A stretch of 40,207 bases of DNA, taken from positions 1 to 40,207 of the IMG/VR virus record IMGVR_UViG_3300032373_000042; one strand, given 5' to 3'. The stretch is from a virus (taxonomy: Duplodnaviria; Caudoviricetes). The position numbers and the translations under genes are program-made. Positions 37,579 through 40,207 of this stretch are shown here, piece by piece; positions within the stretch are counted from its first letter, which is position 1, and every line of letters begins with the position of its first letter. The notes under the pieces were generated by a model. That model did not search any database. It saw only the letters and a program-made list of their open reading frames with translations, and had not been told where the DNA came from.

Positions 37579-37989
37579 TTATTTACTTTCGATTTGTCGT
37601 CCTACAATTTCAGTAAGTTGTGTAAGATATACAGATAACGGAGTGCTATCGGAGTGGATAACAGACTCATGGAATAAAGAATCGTTGTCGAAAACTTTAG
37701 TTACCCACGTATTTGTGTTCAGTTCTGCTCTGAAATTACCAGAGGTAAACACGGTTAAACCTTTATCGTTTTTTAAATCCCATTCGTTACCGCTATAAAG
37801 ATTTCCGATTTTTATTCCTGTCAACTCAGATAACAAACTGATTTGGTTTGAGTCCAAAAATCCGTCGCCTTTGATAACTCGGTTTAACGCTAAAGATGCG
37901 TATTTATGGCCTGGGAATAATTGTTGGGCAAGTTCTTTTTTGTCCAACTTCTTTTTTTTAATTATTTTATCTAAATCTATGGTTTTCAT
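37579..37989 (-). CDS. XRE-like HTH transcriptional regulator
   Basis: KKELAQQLFP...ALNRVIKG...QISLLSELTGIKIGNL; first gene after a promoter-like region (TAATTTAG at 38010-38017). Confidence 0.6.
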   Translation of the reverse strand: MKTIDLDKIIKKKKLDKKELAQQLFPGHKYASLALNRVIKGDGFLDSNQISLLSELTGIKIGNLYSGNEWDLKNDKGLTVFTSGNFRAELNTNTWVTKVFDNDSLFHESVIHSDSTPLSVYLTQLTEIVGRQIESK

Positions 37990-38117
37990 CTGCTCCGTAT
38001 TTGTTTCGGCTAAATTAGAAGATTAAAACGTAATACAAAAATAATTTTGCAATAAATTTAAAAATATTTTATTGTTTCTTTTTAAAAGATTGGTTTTAAG
38101 GTAGTTAGATATCAAAA

Positions 38118-38323
38118 GGAAACAAAGAAACAATGTAAACGATAATTTGCATATAATAGTATATTGTTACTTATACGTGTAATATATGGGTATTTTACTA
38201 TATTTAATATTATAAAAAGATTTACTAATTTATTGTTTATATTGTTTATATCGACGTTCCGACCAACGGTATCAATGGTTTGAAAATAAACAAAGATTGT
38301 TTATTATTGTTTACGTCGTTTAC
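38118..38323. repeat. Iteron-like element, copy 2 (homologous to 18941-19135)
   Basis: Shares AAACAATGTAAACGATA, GGGTATTTT, TATAAAAAGAT and the TTGTTTA repeats with copy 1 at the same spacing. Confidence 0.75.
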
Positions 38324-38943
38324 TTTTTTAGGTCAAAAATAGAAAATTCGTAACCTACCAGTAAATAATCTTTCCCAATCATTCGAGAATACCCCAGGCG
38401 TAAAATGTTGCCTTTTTTACCTTGTAATCCTGTTGTAATGTCATAAGACGGGTCGGACAACCCAAAATCGGTTCGGACTTGTGCACCTAAAGTAAGACGG
38501 AATACTGTCTCAGGTACTTTCGTTTTGATGGTTCGTTCCTTCAGAGTATAATCCAACCCCATTTTTTTGATGTCGCCCTGTACGTCTCCAAAAACAGTCA
38601 GGTTTAAATATTCGTCGTCAAACACTTGCGAATATTTTTTTATCTGTATCGACTGGAGGTATAATTTATACCGCTCTATTTCATTAGTAGCCTCTTTATA
38701 AGCAACGGCCAAAGAGTCGTTAACTGGGTTCTTTAGTTTTACGGTTATTATAGAGTCTTTTACTCGCCAACGATCAATGTAAATAGTATCGTGGTCGATT
38801 TCTGTCGGGTTTACTGACGGTATTGTCCCGGTAACTTCTGGGACTGTTATTTCGATTTCTGTTTGTTCGCAACTCTTAAAAAGAAGTAAGCAAAAAACCG
38901 CACCCAGAATAAAGGACACGGCGTATTTTTTTATTGTATTCAT
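38320..38943 (-). CDS. Lysis-cassette membrane protein / lipoprotein (spanin-like)
   Basis: N-terminal hydrophobic signal with LLFKSC lipobox-like motif; directly downstream of the endolysin. Confidence 0.55.
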   Translation of the reverse strand: MNTIKKYAVSFILGAVFCLLLFKSCEQTEIEITVPEVTGTIPSVNPTEIDHDTIYIDRWRVKDSIITVKLKNPVNDSLAVAYKEATNEIERYKLYLQSIQIKKYSQVFDDEYLNLTVFGDVQGDIKKMGLDYTLKERTIKTKVPETVFRLTLGAQVRTDFGLSDPSYDITTGLQGKKGNILRLGYSRMIGKDYLLVGYEFSIFDLKK

Positions 38944-38954
38944 AATTTTGATTT

Positions 38955-39437
38955 TTAAAGTCCTATATTTTCCAAGGGTATATTTTCACACCGTAACCAC
39001 TCCAATACATCAAAAGACGGGCAATCCTTATTGGATATATTGTTGTGTCCTATCACTTTTATACCAGGGTGGCGCAATATCATAAATTTAACATACGTTA
39101 AAAGTGTGTTTTTCTGAGCTTCGGTACGGGTGTCTTTTGGAGGGTAATATTTAGACCCACTCGGTTTTGTTTTCTCAGCACCTCCAGTATAAACAACGTG
39201 TCTCGAAATACCATTAAAACCTTTTGCACCGTTTGAAATTTCCCAACTGTCCACGTTGTCGTCTTGGTCGAATTCGATTAAATTTTCCAACGAACCGTCC
39301 AAATGTATCATATCTGAGTACCCTACTCTGGACCAACCCCGCTCCTTTAAATGCCATTGTTCAATATCCTTTTTTGTGATTTCTCTACCTTCAGGCGTTG
39401 CAGTACAATGTATTACTAAATATTTTAATTTTCCCAT
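38955..39437 (-). CDS. Endolysin, N-acetylmuramoyl-L-alanine amidase (T7 lysozyme-like)
   Basis: VIHCTAT, GWSRVGY and GHN...KDCPSFDV zinc ligands. Confidence 0.9.
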   Translation of the reverse strand: MGKLKYLVIHCTATPEGREITKKDIEQWHLKERGWSRVGYSDMIHLDGSLENLIEFDQDDNVDSWEISNGAKGFNGISRHVVYTGGAEKTKPSGSKYYPPKDTRTEAQKNTLLTYVKFMILRHPGIKVIGHNNISNKDCPSFDVLEWLRCENIPLENIGL

Positions 39438-39441
39438 GATA

Positions 39442-39765
39442 TTATTTTTTAGTCAACCAGTTAGACACTAATGTTTTTAAAACCGTATCGATGTCCCATT
39501 TATAAATTATAAACTCTGCGATTTTTTCTCCTGACATTGCAACCACTCCGACAATTAGAGGTGTCCAACGCCCCTCAACAAAAGGAAAAATAAAATAAGC
39601 GCAACCGATACCAACTATAAAACTAATTACTATTCGTGATAAATTCATTTTTTCTCGTTTAACTTGTGTCGCTATCTTTATCGATATTGCGATAAAGGCG
39701 GGAATAAATATTTTAAAAAAGAACTCTGATAGTTCTTTTAGTATTGTTGGGTCTTTTCCTGTCAT
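39442..39765 (-). CDS. Putative holin
   Basis: 107 aa, three hydrophobic segments, immediately upstream of the endolysin. Confidence 0.65.
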   Translation of the reverse strand: MTGKDPTILKELSEFFFKIFIPAFIAISIKIATQVKREKMNLSRIVISFIVGIGCAYFIFPFVEGRWTPLIVGVVAMSGEKIAEFIIYKWDIDTVLKTLVSNWLTKK

Positions 39766-40048
39766 GCCTGTTTTTTATTATTGCGAAAATCAGCATAGTG
39801 AAACCCACCAATATTTCGTTTATTCCAAATTTTGTATTATCGAAAAATATTTCATCTAAAAAATTGTTTAAAGATAAACAGAATAATACAAATTTTACGA
39901 TACTATTTTTATCTTTTAAAAACAGATACACACATAGCAACAATATAAACAACGAATTGCCTATATAGAAACTACCTTTTGGTAGATAACCCCAAAACAA
40001 ATAAGTTACTAAACTTACTACTGTTGCTATGTATAAAATGTATTTCAT
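39713..40048 (-). CDS. Multi-pass membrane protein (lysis region)
   Basis: 111 aa, about 4 hydrophobic segments, basic C-terminus. Confidence 0.6.
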   Translation of the reverse strand: MKYILYIATVVSLVTYLFWGYLPKGSFYIGNSLFILLLCVYLFLKDKNSIVKFVLFCLSLNNFLDEIFFDNTKFGINEILVGFTMLIFAIIKNRHDRKRPNNTKRTIRVLF

Positions 40049-40206
40049 CGGTCGTCGGGTCTGTCTCCGATTAATCTCGATTTACTGTTTGACAATTTAG
40101 TGAAAAACCGTTCAATCAATTTTAAAATAGCACTATGGAATCCAAAGGCAATGAAATAACTGGCAATAAATACACCAGGGTTTAATTTTTCAAATACGGC
40201 ATAAGA
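40045..40206 (-). CDS. Membrane protein, C-terminal part (start outside window)
   Basis: ...SYAVFEKLNPGVFIASYFIAFGFHSAILKLIERFFTKLSNSKSRLIGDRPDDR*; ATGA overlap with the next gene. Confidence 0.6.
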   Translation of the reverse strand, partial: SYAVFEKLNPGVFIASYFIAFGFHSAILKLIERFFTKLSNSKSRLIGDRPDDR

Positions 40207-40207
40207 T

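Noticed and set aside
4991-37616. Numerous plus-strand ORFs in the track (for example 5972-6427, 16951-17502, 30480-31130, 36975-37616)
   Set aside because: They overlap well-supported minus-strand genes, have composition typical of antisense shadows, and lack expression signals.
21956-38070. AAAATATTTT palindromes near promoter boxes (about 21957, 35941, 38061) as operators
   Set aside because: A/T-only palindromes are expected by chance in these AT-rich intergenic regions.
1-40207. Diversity-generating retroelement, alternative genetic code or lysogeny module
   Set aside because: No reverse transcriptase, template/variable repeat pair or integrase was seen, and long genes read through in the standard code. 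The part of the genome outside the window cannot be assessed.

Overview
This window holds most of a tailed dsDNA phage genome (siphovirus-like, long tape measure), with nearly all genes on the minus strand. A Bacteroidota host is inferred from TAnnTTTG-type -7 promoter boxes and AT-rich leaders without Shine-Dalgarno sites. In transcription order (right to left): a lysis cassette (membrane proteins, amidase, lipoprotein); an XRE-like HTH gene; an APSE-like replication module (DUF2800 nuclease, DUF2815 SSB, family-A DNA polymerase, primase/VirE helicase, VRR-NUC, SNF2 helicase); an accessory block (HNH-like, pentapeptide repeat, dUTPase, C5 methyltransferase, MazG-like, DEDDh exonuclease, frameshifted adenine methyltransferase); terminase; head and tail genes; and a tail fibre-like gene running off the left edge. 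No integrase was seen. The standout feature is a compact, circularly permuted (two-piece) tmRNA gene at about 20038-20311 (-). It has a G3.U70 alanine acceptor stem, a T-arm, inter-piece P2 pairing, the tag AKVITPSFTQLRAVA*, its own promoter-like box and a terminator. Other notable items are a second Ala-identity tRNA-like RNA with an aberrant anticodon arm in a hairpin-rich 720-bp non-coding region, a ~195-bp iteron-like element present twice 19 kb apart, two homopolymer frameshifts inside functional motifs, a perfect 58-bp tandem duplication, and an antisense two-gene moron. All calls come from reading the sequence and recognising motifs; no searches were run.
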